From NCBI GenBank assembly GCA_964016885.1, contig OZ024740.1, positions 329,716,001-329,780,000 on the forward strand: 64,000 nucleotides of DNA. Reading direction: 5' to 3'. This stretch comes from Eledone cirrhosa (lineage: Eukaryota). Shown here one piece after another: positions 42,060-54,020 of this stretch. The notes under the pieces are model-generated. The model ran no database searches. It was not told the origin of the DNA and saw nothing but the letters and a program-made list of their open reading frames with translations. How positions within the stretch are numbered: position 1 is the stretch's first letter; every line of letters starts with the position of its first letter. A program made the translations under genes and the position numbers.

Positions 42060-42265
42060 CTTATTTAGGCACAACGCCAGTAATGGGGGATGGGAGATTA
42101 AGTGAGTACATCGACCGTAGCGCGTGACTAGTATTTTATTTTATCGACGCCGTAAGTATGAAAGGCAAAGCTAAACTGGGTCTGATTTGAACTCAGAACG
42201 TAAAGATCCACACTTCTATACCACAAAACATGCTGTCCGACGCTTTAGCCATACTCCCAGTCCCC
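42060..42265 (-). mobile_element. Older tRNA-derived SINE
   Basis: TTAGGCACAA tail, TTTTATCGACGCCGTAAGTATGAAAGGC core, GATTTGAACTCAG B box. Confidence 0.72.
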
Positions 42266-43329
42266 AACTAATAATAATTAAAGTTTCTGACAAAGACAAT
42301 ATAAAAGATTATTTCCAGGTAACACACATGTATGTAGTATTAACACTGTCGCGACATTCAGAAGAAATTTGAGGAATAGATCGACATGATGGTGACCATA
42401 TCAAATCCTTAATTATAGAATATAAATATAGTTATGTTGGAATACTTCAAAGTGATATAATTGATAGTAAAATGTTGAAGAAACCCATTAGTAAAGAATG
42501 TTTTCCTATGAATAGGAAGAGACGAACATCCGGATAGAATACCGGAAATATAATAGTAACAATCGACCTAATGGCAATATCAATAATATAGTGTGCTGCC
42601 TGAAGCAGGCAAGTTGAATGTAAAGATATCGACAGAATAATGATGGCGCTGCACATCATTTCCAAAAGCATAAGAATTTGATATGATTTGGAAGGTATAT
42701 AATATAGTCGAGAATGTGTTACAATATAAATAAAAAGCAAATAACAATGAACTTAGTCCAATGAAAGCCACATACGTATCCATCAGAGATATATTATAAA
42801 AGGACACAATCATCAATAACATGTGTCTCAATGAACTAATATCTGCAGCAACTTCTATAGTTAAAACAGGTGGATATCATTACGATGTACTAATATAGAC
42901 ATATCAAATTCCACAGACATAATATCGAAAATGAATATAGTAAAAAAACAGTATAGGAAATGTAACAATAATGAAACAGTAAGACCGGAAATTTAGCCTC
43001 GCTAAATCGCAAATATCTTATGGTAAAAATAACTCAAACAGTTTAAGCCCATCTAAAATTGCGTGTGGGAACCCGGTGGAGTTAATCCAAAACGGCCCAA
43101 AATATAATATAAACCAATGTAACATAAACGCGATGAAAATTTAGAGACTAGTGAGGAATATGTTTAGCTACACGATGAATTGTTTCAATATAATATTAAA
43201 TGCAAAATCTGAGTGGGCTACAATAGGAAAATACATACACCACATACTGCAAAAATCATACAATTGTATATAAGTATCTACAATATTTAGCAAGGCCACT
43301 TAAGATGCTGTGTGATTAATGTAATAAGG

Positions 43330-43610
43330 ATGTTTGTGGAAAAGGAAATGAATGGCTCATTGAGGCGGAAAATATTTCGCAGGATAAATAAACAACTGAA
43401 AACAAAAAGGCTTTCAAACAAGCATATCTTTTGTTGCTTGAATAATTGACTTTGCACACGCAGATTGATGTTTTTCCCATACTACTTCAGGCTCCTCACA
43501 TAACATTTCTCAAATCAATTACTATTCCACAACGTTCCCAAAATCATGTAATGGTTGTACATGTTTTGATGCCATATAGGCAGATAGAACAGTTTTCATT
43601 ACTAGTCGAG
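43330..43610. mobile_element. Possible pogo/Tigger DDE transposase remnant with internal inversion
   Basis: Weak motifs EWL...YLLLLE..LH on plus and KHVQPLHDFG on minus resemble ILLLDNC.AH and LQPLDQG. Confidence 0.25.
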
Positions 43611-44497
43611 TTTTTTCCCTTCTATCTATCTGAATATCTTCATATATGAACTCATTTTCTGCTGCTAATTAGTCACTGAAACTTTACCCATTCAATACTA
43701 GTGATTCTGATTTCTATGTTCATGCATAACTGAAAAGTAACTATCTATGGGAAGTAATATTCTAAATAGGTTGCCGCTTCTGATAAATTATGAGCAAAAA
43801 CCGATTTTCCTTTTCGGAAAAAAAGGCTAAGATATTGTGTAGAAAATAACAAAACTCCAAGCGCTGATACAACCGCATATATTGAAAGGCGTTGAGAATG
43901 TACAGAACCAATTTTGATTGCAGATTGTATCATAAATAACTAATTGCAAAGGGAACGAAGCAAAATATTTCTTTCATGTCAAAACCATTTTGAGAAATTG
44001 GCGAGGACATTTTCTTAGTATTTATTAGCTGATTACAAATGTGCAGCAAAAATGCGAGTTATGGGTTATAAAAGTATCCACTCTTCTCTTTCACTCATAT
44101 TTCTTCACGTTAGTGGAAATGAAAGGGAAATAATTGATAGGAATAGTGTAATATTGAATGAAATGCGAGCAAATTAAGCTGATGAAATGAGCAATTCAAT
44201 CGAAATATATTTCACCACACAAATCCCTTAGATATCATTCAAGAATACAATTGTTATAGATTTATTGGGGATCGCTTCTGAAATGGCATTTAGAACACCA
44301 AACATATATACATAGTTAATACCTTATCTAAGTGATTATGGAATGGGGAATACTATAGATGTATGTAAACTAAATAGAAAAATGTAAACAAAATAGCAAA
44401 TATTATGAAAAGTACGGCGTTATAGAACCGATACGTGCAATACAATCTATTCCCCGACATCGCGTCTATGTGTGGGTATATACATATATATATATAT

Positions 44498-45340
44498 TAG
44501 GGTAAATATTGATGCAATTCAATTCAAGCACTCAACGTACTTTTTCAACATAGGAGTGACGGAGTAAATATCGAATAAGTAAAAGCGAAGTAGTTTCACT
44601 TCAATGTATATCTTTACTTAATCCGAATTATCACTTGAAACATTTTTGAATTTAGAATTTTTTAATTCTTTATTTTTTAATTTATAATCTCTGATATTTG
44701 ATTTAGGATTTTAACCTTTAATTTTAATTTTTATTCCCAACTCTCACTCTTAACTTACTATGTAAAACCATAGTACCTAGAATTAAGTTTATTTTACCTT
44801 ATGAGTTGATGGTCAGTCTTACTGTCAACGCTTAGTGAAAGGTAGTATCATGACCTATAAAAACTAACACCCTCCCATCCCCTCTGGCTTTCGGCTGACT
44901 GCCACAGTAGCGATGGTAGCAGTAAGCTTTGGCAAGGCATAGGTGGGCCACTGACAGCGAATTTCGTTGAAATCTGCGGTGCTAATGGTCAACTTCCTTC
45001 GGACATGCGCTTGCGCAGACCGGTGGGGGTGAATTGGTACTCACAAGGGAACGGATGAAAACCCAAAAGCACGAACTTCATCCGTTCCCATGTCTATTCA
45101 ATTTGGATTGCCTCGGAAACATCTTATTATGTAACAAGCTGTATGATGATGTCACGACACTCGCACACAGAACAGTGTGGCCAGTGTCGTCATTGAAATA
45201 TATATCACAGCATTTTTATTAAAGGACTTGAACATCTGAAACTACTTCGCTTTTACTTATTCGATATTTACTCCGTCACTCCTATGTGGAAAAAGTACGT
45301 TGAGTGCTTGAATTGAATTGCATCAATGTTTACCCTAATA
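44498..45340 (+). mobile_element. Penelope-type pLTR remnant (45050-45340) with inverted terminal copy (44498-44599)
   Basis: ~100-bp inverted repeat 44498-44599 / 45238-45338. HHR-like motif at 45138-45211. Confidence 0.65.
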
Positions 45341-46310
45341 ATTAAGCTCCGATTAGTTGAGCGCTCTATGATGTAACCGATATGGTGGAGAAGAGAGGAA
45401 CCAACCAAGAGCTACCCCGGAAATCCCCTCTACCATGGGGATGAAAAACCCCTGACACTGGACGGGCGTAATAGTATCTTTCGGCAGGATAAATACGCGG
45501 AAACAAAAATAAGATAAACCCCTATTTTCCTGCACCAAATCGCTTCTGAACAGAGGCCCCCTCAATTCACTCTATACATGGACAGATGGACAATCATATG
45601 GATCATTTTACATATATGTACTCTGTGTTTTTGCATTTATTCACTATTGTCTCTTTTCTTTTCTTTTGTGTACTTTTTGTCTGTTTTTCTTTGACTCTGT
45701 TCCATGTGATGGAAAGTATGACCGTGTAGCGGATTGACTAATGCCTTGAACCATGTGGTTTGCCCTCCGTTATAAGGTCCGGCACTGCCGTTCAATATCT
45801 GTAACACTAGAATCCCTCCCAGAACATATTACTTAAACATCTCTCTCCATATTATTTACTCACTTCAATGTATATCTTTACTTAATCAGAATTATCACTT
45901 GAAAAATTTTTGAATTTAGAATTTTTGAATTCTTTATTGTTTAATTTATAATCTCTGATATTTGATTTAGGATTTTAACCTTTAATTTTAATTTTTATTC
46001 CCAACTCTCACTCTTAACTTACTATGTAAAACCATAGTACCTAGAATTAAGTTTATTTTACCTTATGAGTTGATGGTCAGTCTTACTGTCAACGCTTAGT
46101 GAAAGGTAGTATTATGACCTATAAAAACTAACACCCTCCCATCCTCTCTGGCTTTCGGCTGACTACCACAGTAGCGATGGTAGCAGTAAGCTTTTGCAAG
46201 GCATAGGTGGGCCACTGACAGCGAAGTTCGTTGAAATCTGCGGTGCTAATGGTCAACTTCCTTCGGACATGCGCTTGCGCAGACCGGTGGGGGTGAATTG
46301 GTACTCACAA
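44598..46310. repeat. ~450-bp direct repeat (44598-45047 and 45861-46310)
   Basis: CACTTCAATGTATATCTTTAC ... GAATTGGTACTCACAA is present twice with few differences. Confidence 0.93.
45138..45211 (+). ncRNA. Type I hammerhead motif (family F), core C3 replaced by A
   Basis: GCTGT ATGATGA ..ACGACACT...AGTGTCGT.. GAA ATATATAT C ACAGC: perfect 5-bp stem I. Confidence 0.6.
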
Positions 46311-47889
46311 TTCCATACACCAGAGTATAACTGTAACTATAGACTTCCCTTCCAAACACCCTAACAATAGACTACCTGTATTAGACACAGAACTCTGGAT
46401 TAACACTATAGACGAGAGAGCCCAAATTCTCCACTCACACTATGCTAAACCCATGGCCTCCAAATACCTGATACTCAAAAACTCATCAATGTCCAGTAGT
46501 GCAAAGTTTAATATTCTGATCGCAGATTTGGTACGAGTGATGAAGAATGTGTCCAGCATGTGCGACCCAACAGAAATGGAAGGACACATCCAACACTTCA
46601 TCAACCGCATGCAGTTCTCTGGCTACAACCAAAGAGACAGAGTCAGAGTATATGAAGGAGCCATGGAAAAGTATAAGACCCTCATAGAACTGGACATGAA
46701 AGGAATTTTCCCACTATACAGGAGCAAATCATGGAATAGCTTAGATAGGGCTAGACATAAGATAGGGAAGGCCACATCATGGTACGACAACCAGAGATAT
46801 CAGAGTGTCATGTTTGTGGACGCCACCCCTGGAGGGAAATTAGCTAACCAGTGTAGAAAGGCCCTGAGAAAGACCCACTTAAAAATAAAGGTGGTAGAAA
46901 AGCCAGGAACCACCATAAAATCCCTGATCAGCAAAACCTACCCTTTTAAGAAAACCCACTGTACCAATAGGAAATGTATCATATGTAAGGTGAACCCCCG
47001 GATAAACTGTAAAACTAGAAACGTAGTCTATAGCATAAGATGTACAGAGGGTACTTGCAGAAACATGACAACAACATACATTGGTGAGACAGCTCGTAGC
47101 ATAGGTGAAAGGATAGACCAACACTGGGGGGAACTAAAAGGACGAAAAAACGGGTCAGTACTATACGAACATGCTAGACAACAACATGACGGTAACATAG
47201 ACAACATAGAAATTAGAATAATATCTAAACATAGGAATGACCCAGCAGATAGGCAAATCAGAGAGGCCAGTGAAATAGAAATTAGAAGACCAAAGCTAAA
47301 CAGAAAGAATGAGTGGAACAACAACATCACCCAAACAAACAACACTGACCTAAGAGAAGTATAAATAAGTAAATAAAATTAAATAAAATAAGATAAATAA
47401 ATACATACACAAGCACAATAACAACAAGCACATAAACACACACTAGTCACCCAGCAGACACAACACTATAAACACTAGTCACACATCACACATAACACTA
47501 TACACATACGCAAACGCATGCGCAAAGAAGACAAAATAAAATAAGATAAACAAACAAGTAAATAAATAAATAAATATATAGACAGACTGAACAAAAAAAA
47601 ATGGCGTAGACATACAACACAACAGGAGGAACAATGAATATAAAACCACTGACGATGTTGCAGATGTGCAACGAAAGATTTATGTAAATTATGTAAACTA
47701 TATATATGTGTTTGTGTCTATATTGTATCTGTATTATTTTTGACCGTCGGTCAGTCAATGGCAACATGAGGACCGAGTAAGTTAGATCGCAGATATAAAA
47801 GACAGCGAGAAGCGAAAACCAACCAAACAGTGAGTGTGTTCTGTTATTAATTCTGGCAATATTACGCAAATATGACCCTCCCCAAATAT

Positions 47890-47892
<3 letters not shown>
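46311..47892 (+). mobile_element. 5'-truncated Penelope-like element (Nematis/Neptune-like) ending in (TA)n
   Basis: RT thumb (RLPVLD..HYAKPMAS), Cys linker and GIY-YIG. Partial HHR at ~47647-47690 (CTGACGA T GTTGCA gatg TGCAAC GAAA). Confidence 0.82.
46453..47364 (+). CDS. PLE C-terminal region with GIY-YIG endonuclease (truncated ORF)
   Basis: CTNRKCIIC...CKTRNVVYSIRC...C...YIGETARSIGERIDQH...LYEH..QH...RQIREA...LNRK. Confidence 0.88.
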   Translation: MASKYLILKNSSMSSSAKFNILIADLVRVMKNVSSMCDPTEMEGHIQHFINRMQFSGYNQRDRVRVYEGAMEKYKTLIELDMKGIFPLYRSKSWNSLDRARHKIGKATSWYDNQRYQSVMFVDATPGGKLANQCRKALRKTHLKIKVVEKPGTTIKSLISKTYPFKKTHCTNRKCIICKVNPRINCKTRNVVYSIRCTEGTCRNMTTTYIGETARSIGERIDQHWGELKGRKNGSVLYEHARQQHDGNIDNIEIRIISKHRNDPADRQIREASEIEIRRPKLNRKNEWNNNITQTNNTDLREV

Positions 47893-47939
<47 letters not shown>

Positions 47940-47943
<4 letters not shown>

Positions 47944-48517
47944 AAGAGGTTGCCGCGAGTGCTCTTGTCCAATCTCCCCTTGAGCACATCCCTCATGCCG
48001 TTGAACGCCTTCCATCCGGCCCTTACTATCCGCGAGATCTCCCTCATAATGTCTCGGTGCATGTTCACTTCTTGCACAGTTTTACCTGCAATGTTATATG
48101 GCAGTGAACCTGGGCTACAACGAAGAGGAAAGGGCAGAGACTGGTAACGGCTCAAAGGGCCATGGAGAGATCGATGCTAGGAATCTCGTTGAAAGAGCAC
48201 ATCAGGTGCGAAGTCATCAGACAGAAGTCTGGCGTGAGAGACGTCATCACGGAATATATGCGCAGCAAATTTAGATGGGCTCGACACGTTGCCCGGTTCA
48301 CCGATAATTGGTGGACTCGTGCAGTTGCCGCGTGGTACCTGCCCGAGCGGAAACGACCACTCAGAGGCGTCGACGAGGGTGGAGTTACGATTTTAAGAAT
48401 ACGATTGAGACTACATGGATGAAGAAAGCATGATCCAGAGAGGAATGGACGGCGTGCTGTAACCAGCAGCGCCGAATGGACGCCCCACAGACTGGTCGCT
48501 CAAAGTGATCAAGGTGA
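47940..48517 (+). mobile_element. RTE-clade LINE 3' fragment with 5' inversion
   Basis: Minus 47940-48065 encodes REISR..AGWKAF..NLFN. Plus from ~48075 continues TVLPAMLYGSE..MERSMLG..RWARHVAR. Confidence 0.8.
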
Positions 48518-48589
48518 TATGTATATATATACATATATATATATATATACATATAAACATACATATATATATATATAGTTATATACACA

Positions 48590-48736
48590 CTAGAAGGGGA
48601 AGACCAAGGTTAACGTATGTTGATGCCCTAAGGACAGACACTGGTTTGTTGGAGATGCAGGACATGGCAGCGATAATGAGGGACAGAGACCGCTGGAGAG
48701 AACTCGTCCATGGATCTCGGGAATTTTACACGCCTT

Positions 48737-48738
<2 letters not shown>
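48590..48738 (+). mobile_element. Short RTE-like 3' end
   Basis: RRGRPRLTYVD...MRDRDRWRELV followed by (TA)n. Confidence 0.65.
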
Positions 48739-48813
<75 letters not shown>

Positions 48814-48814
<1 letters not shown>

Positions 48815-49915
48815 TAGCAGCAGTACGCAACGTTGTCTGCGTAGGTAAAATAATATCTGCTTTGATGAAAAGGTGCTGATCTTAGCGACTGCTTTTCGAT
48901 GACTCATCTATGGCCACACACAGGCTATGCGGAGGAGGGTGGTGATGACGTCTATCACTGTGAAACGAGGGTGACTGACGAAAGGGCATGCTGGGGGAGG
49001 GCGGTAATGACCTTTAACACTAAGCAAAATTTCCTCACGCTACTTGTTTGGAAACTGATGAATTCTCAAATACACAACTAAAAGCTCAGACGACGTCAAT
49101 GGCCATCGTTTTGCCTTTGAACATCTATAAGATAGGTTCTTTCGTAGAATAAAAGTTGAAACAAATAAATTGATTTATGTGTGAGGTGGAGCCGAAGTTT
49201 CGAATTTTAACGAAATCGGTTGAAACATTAGGGAGCTAATGATAGGTTCTATCGTCGTATAAAAGTTGAAGCAAATAAATTGATTTATGTGTGAGGTGGA
49301 GCCGAACTTTCGGATTTGAAAGAAATCGGTTGAAAAATGTGGGAGCTAGAGCCGAAAAGGCGGAAATTTGAGCGAAAGGGTGGTATTTTCGAATATTTAA
49401 GCGAATGCCACGCCGTTCATGAACAAAACATGCAAAATGTTAAGACACTTTAACGCGTGAAATACACATATCTAGAGTAGAGTAAAATTTGAACAAAGTA
49501 GGTTGATTAATGTGGGAGGTAGAACCGAAAAGTGAAAATTTGAGTCTAAAAATGAGTCTAAAAATGAGTCTAAATTTGAGTCTAACAAATGCAAAATATA
49601 AAGCCATTACAGGATGTGCAATGATAAATTCTATTTTGCTTTAAAATGTGAACGAAGTCGGTGGCAAAATATGGGAGCTAGAGCCGAAAATCTTATTTTT
49701 CGATACCTAACAAACTGTGACCCCTATCGATTTTTATCTGCAGAATGACCCCCGAATAAAAAAAAAGATACGCTGATATATAGAAAACATTCCCCGGTGA
49801 CTAATCTATGAGCCTGTAAAAAGTGTCATGAAAATCGTAAGATGTAGGCCCCCATGGGTAATACGCAGACACTCAAACACACACACACACATACTTAATT
49901 TTATATATATACAGA
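48814..49915 (-). mobile_element. Non-autonomous Helitron
   Basis: Minus strand begins a|TC (49915) and ends CTAG|t (48814). Subterminal hairpin TACGCA..TGCGTA at 48824-48843. Internal ~111-bp tandem units. Confidence 0.75.
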
Positions 49916-50319
49916 TATATATATATATGTGAGTGTGTGTATATGAGTGTGTGTGTATATGAGTAGGTGTGTATATATGTGTGTATGTATATATATATAT
50001 ATATATATATACATAGTCGTGGCCATTGTTAGAAATTCCACCGCCCTGTCCCTACTTGATTTGACAGGTGTCAATAATACCAAAAGTTATTTGGCCAGAG
50101 CCTGACATTTCAGTAACTCAATGTAACTTTTTTGTTTACTTAGAAGTAATGAAACCTAAAGAAAATGGGTGGGTGTGTGTATGTATGCGTTTGAGTACTT
50201 GAGTGTGAATATGCATTTTTTCTTTTATCTGTGTCATTGTATTAATGTGTATACTTCTAAAAATAGTTCTATATATATTCCCTCCAGCTAGGCTGTCAGA
50301 ATCAAACATTTCTAACTGA

Positions 50320-50790
50320 TCCTGCTTGTTCCCAAAGCGTAACCAGCCAGGCTCATGGATGATATTCATCTACCTTGTTCAGGGTCTACCACTGGGTCTC
50401 CTGCTAGTTGGTTTTGCCTGTAAAATCTGTTCAGTGATTCTTTCCTGAGATATTCTAACCACATGCCCATAGTATCGGAGAAGTAATTGCTCTGACCTCC
50501 GGAGGAACGCCATTTCGGCCGCTTGTGTTAGCAATCATATTCTTTCGGTCATTATACAAGATTCATGACCCTAAGCAAGGGTTGACAGGAACACCAGGAA
50601 GACAGCAAGTTTAGCTTTTACACCATCTCCCTTCTTCTGATTACTGAAAGCTGATGCTGGCACATTTTTGAATCAGCTCCTGCAATTCTTGCACCTAATT
50701 CAGCCTTCTGCCTTCCATCACTCATTAACATGGCCCCGAGATACTTGAAGTTCTCTTCCTGCATCAGTGGAACTCCATTCACATGCATAT
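50320..50790 (-). mobile_element. RTE (Rex3/Expander-like) 3' remnant
   Basis: VNGVPLMQEENFKYLG.ML.SDGR...EL.ARI; downstream GHVVR..RRP.GRP..RW. Confidence 0.7.
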
Positions 50791-50989
50791 ATATATATAT
50801 ATATGAGCAACATCTGTCCAACCGTCCGTCACACAATGTGTGTGTGTTCAAAAGGGAAGAAGGATACACGTATATATATGTCTCTAGTTTAAGCATGGTT
50901 ACACGCACACGTGTCTAATTTAAGAACGTCTACAAACACGCGCGCTCGCACACATACACATTGCCGTATTACCACGTAAGAGCTTTGCC

Positions 50990-51680
50990 ACGGGCAAACA
51001 ACCGCTCAATTTTAGAATCGTCCGTGTTGTCCTGTATTGATAGGAAAGACCTTACTTGGTATCCCTGATCAAGAGGCAGGTGCCTTATCTATAACGTCAC
51101 AGTTAATGATGATTGTGCTTCTACCCACATCCTGGATGCAGCGGTAAGGGCGAGAGCTAAAGCTTCCGCAGGCGAACGGAACAAAATCCTAAAATACCGT
51201 GATCTTTCGGCTAACTACATTTTTCAGTCTTTGGCGTCCCAGACGTTGGGGGAATCGGGCTACTGACAGCGAGGTTCTTGGCTTCACTGGCGGCTCGCCT
51301 AACAGAGGTAACTTGTGATGCACGTCAGGGCGCTTGGTTGTTCCATCACCTCATTCTCACCATCACACGAGGTGAAACTGTGAGTGTGCTGATTTGCCTG
51401 AAACATTATTAGACGTTTCCCAGTGCTCCTCGCTATATGTTAACCTTTGCTCTAGTAGCAGCTCGTTTGTCCACCCCTTTCACCTACCTTTTGTTATATT
51501 TAGTATTAGATGTGTGTATTACCTGTTTCTATTTTTTTCTCTTTCTTTTCCTCTTTCTTATTTTTCTTTTTCTTCCCTTTGTATAAATTATATACAAATT
51601 GCTGTTTTCGTCTGTAAGCAATATATTATATTTTTTATGCAACTGTGAATAAACCTGTAACAACAAATGAGTTTTAAAAA
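50990..51680 (+). mobile_element. CRE-like RLE LINE 3' remnant
   Basis: Decayed RLE: RGRCL..NVT...AGE.NK..KY.DL..NY.F..LA.QTLG...FLASLAARL..VT.D.R..AWLF..L.LTI.RG. T-rich 3'UTR and AATAAA. Confidence 0.6.
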
Positions 51681-51835
51681 AATAATTAAATGTATGTGTG
51701 TGTCTTTGTGTGAATGTATGTCCGTGAGTGTGTCTCTGTTTGCGCGATTATAGTTATATACTCATACATATAAATGAATGTATATGCACATACAGACAGG
51801 CATACGCATACACATACACGTCAACATATGGAACA

Positions 51836-51916
<81 letters not shown>

Positions 51917-52590
51917 TTCTCTTTCTCTCTCTCTCTCTCTCTTTATATATATATATATATCACATAGTCACTGTATCTACCTGTATATCTATCTTTCTTT
52001 TTCGCACTGTATATGTATATATATATATATATATATATACGGAAAAAATGAAACGAAATTTCATTTCCCACACTTAGTACGGCTGTTACTTAAATATAAG
52101 TATGTACACATACATACATATATGTATACAGACGCACAGTAGTATGTATATATATATACATGCACACATATATATATGTACGTATGGATTCACCGAACAT
52201 TTATTATAATGCTCGGTGTGTTTGTAAACAAACATCCCGTATTAAGCCGTAGTGCCTAGCAACCATCGCTGCTCGTTTGTTCAACACTGACAAAGGAACG
52301 CTGTACTAGTTTCAAGCTTATTAGCCAAGTACATATATATATGTGTGCATGTATATATGTATATATACATACTACTGTGCGTCTGTATACATATATGTAT
52401 GTACGTGTACATACTTATATTTAAGTAACAGCCGTACTAAGAGTGGGAAATGAAATTTCGTTTCATTTTTTCCGCTTATCGTTTTCGGTGCAGCCGGCCG
52501 ATTAACCCACTCGATATGCAAATTGGGCTACTCAGCCGTTTATATGCATAAGGTAAGTATATACGTTCTGCAATCTGGCAGGAAGGTGTG

Positions 52591-52631
52591 CGTTGCTGAC
52601 GATAGCTAATAAGCTTGAAACTAGTACAGCG
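52591..52631 (+). ncRNA. Type I hammerhead ribozyme (family A)
   Basis: CGTTG CTGACGA TAGCT AATA AGCTT GAA ACTAGT A CAGCG. Predicted cut after A52626. Stem I extends via TGGCAGGAA/TTCCTTTGTCA. Confidence 0.78.
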
Positions 52632-53010
52632 TTCCTTTGTCACTGTTGAACAAACGAGCAACTATGGTTGCTAGACACTACGGCTTAATACAGGATGTTT
52701 ATTTACAAACACACCGAGCATTATAATAAATGTTCGGTGAATCCATACGTACATATATATATGTGTGCATGTATATATGTATATATACATACTACTGTGC
52801 GTCTGCATATATATATGTATGTACGTGTACATACTTATATTTAAGTAACAGGCGTACTAAGAGTTGGAAATGAAATTTCGTTTCATTTTTTATGTTTATC
52901 TTTTTCGGTGCATCCGGCCGATTAACCCACTCGATATGCAAATTGGGCTACTCAGCCGTTTATATGCATAAGGTAAGTATATACGTTCAGCAATCTGGCA
53001 GGAAGGTGTG

Positions 53011-53051
53011 CGTTGCTGACGATAGCTAATAAGCTTGAAACTAGTACAGCG
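53011..53051 (+). ncRNA. Type I hammerhead ribozyme (family A)
   Basis: Identical core, +420 bp. Confidence 0.78.
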
Positions 53052-53430
53052 TTCCTTTGTCACTGTTGAACAAACGAGCAACTATGGTTGCTAGACACTA
53101 CGGCTTAATACAGGATGTTTATTTACAAACACACCGAGCATTATAATAAATGTTCGGTGAATCCATACGTACATATATATATGTGTGCATGTATATATGT
53201 ATATATACATACTACTGTGCGTCTGCATATATATATGTATGTACGTGTACATACTTATATTTAAGTAACAGGCGTACTAAGAGTGGGAAATGAAATTTCC
53301 TTTCACTTTTTATGTTTATCTTTTTCGGTGCATCCGGCCGATTAACCCACTCGATATGCAAATTGGGCTACTCAGCCGTTAATATGCATAAGGTAAGTAT
53401 ATAAGTTCAACAATCTGGTAGGAAGGTGTG

Positions 53431-53471
53431 CGTTGCTGACGATAGCTAATAAGCTTGAAACTAGTACAGCG
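53431..53471 (+). ncRNA. Type I hammerhead ribozyme (family A)
   Basis: Identical core, +840 bp. Confidence 0.78.
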
Positions 53472-53834
53472 TTACATTGTCAGTGCTGAACAAACGAGCA
53501 ACGATGGGTGCTAGACACTACGGCTTAATATGAGATGTTTGTTTACAAACACACCGAGCATTATAATAAATGTTCGGTGAATCCATACGTAGATATATAT
53601 ATATGTGTGTGCATGTATATATGTATATATACATACTTACGTGCGTCTGTATACATATATGTATGTATGTGTACATATATTTATATATATATATATATGG
53701 TAGTTGAAGTGGTGGTGGTGGCGATATACCGGACGTGTTGAAATTTGAAACTTTTAAAATAAGTGAATCGTGAAATAAGCAATAAAATTGTTTATGTTTA
53801 ATCAAGAGTTACATTATTTAGTACATAAATTATA

Positions 53835-54020
53835 TAATTGTTTTTATTTTAGGCACAAGGCCAGCAATTAACCAGTGCATTACTGGTACTTTATTTTATC
53901 GACCCCGTAAGGATGAAAGGCAAAGTCAACCTCTGCGGGATTTGAACTCAGATCGTAAAGGGACGTAAATATGCTGGAAAGCATGGCGTCCGACCTTCTA
54001 CCGATACTGCCAATCCACCG
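53835..54020 (-). mobile_element. tRNA-derived SINE (Meta-core type)
   Basis: A/B boxes and core as above. GTACATAAATTATATAAT is duplicated on both sides (53821-53838 / 54020-54037), consistent with a TSD. Confidence 0.9.

Larger units (their letters stand above)
52039..53690 (+). mobile_element. Retrozyme-like family A array: one inverted partial unit (52039-52326) followed by >3 tandem 420-bp monomers
   Basis: Exact 420-bp period (e.g. 52591/53011/53431). No coding capacity. (TA)n flanks. Confidence 0.88.

Noticed and set aside
52476-53081. Repeated 61-aa ORF (..[13 protein letters not shown]..) in family A
   Set aside because: It lies antisense to the HHR. Start and length vary between copies, and conservation is explained by the RNA motif.
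52327-53690. CRISPR-like array interpretation of regular repeats
   Set aside because: Whole 420-bp units repeat with no unique spacers or cas genes, and the context is eukaryotic.
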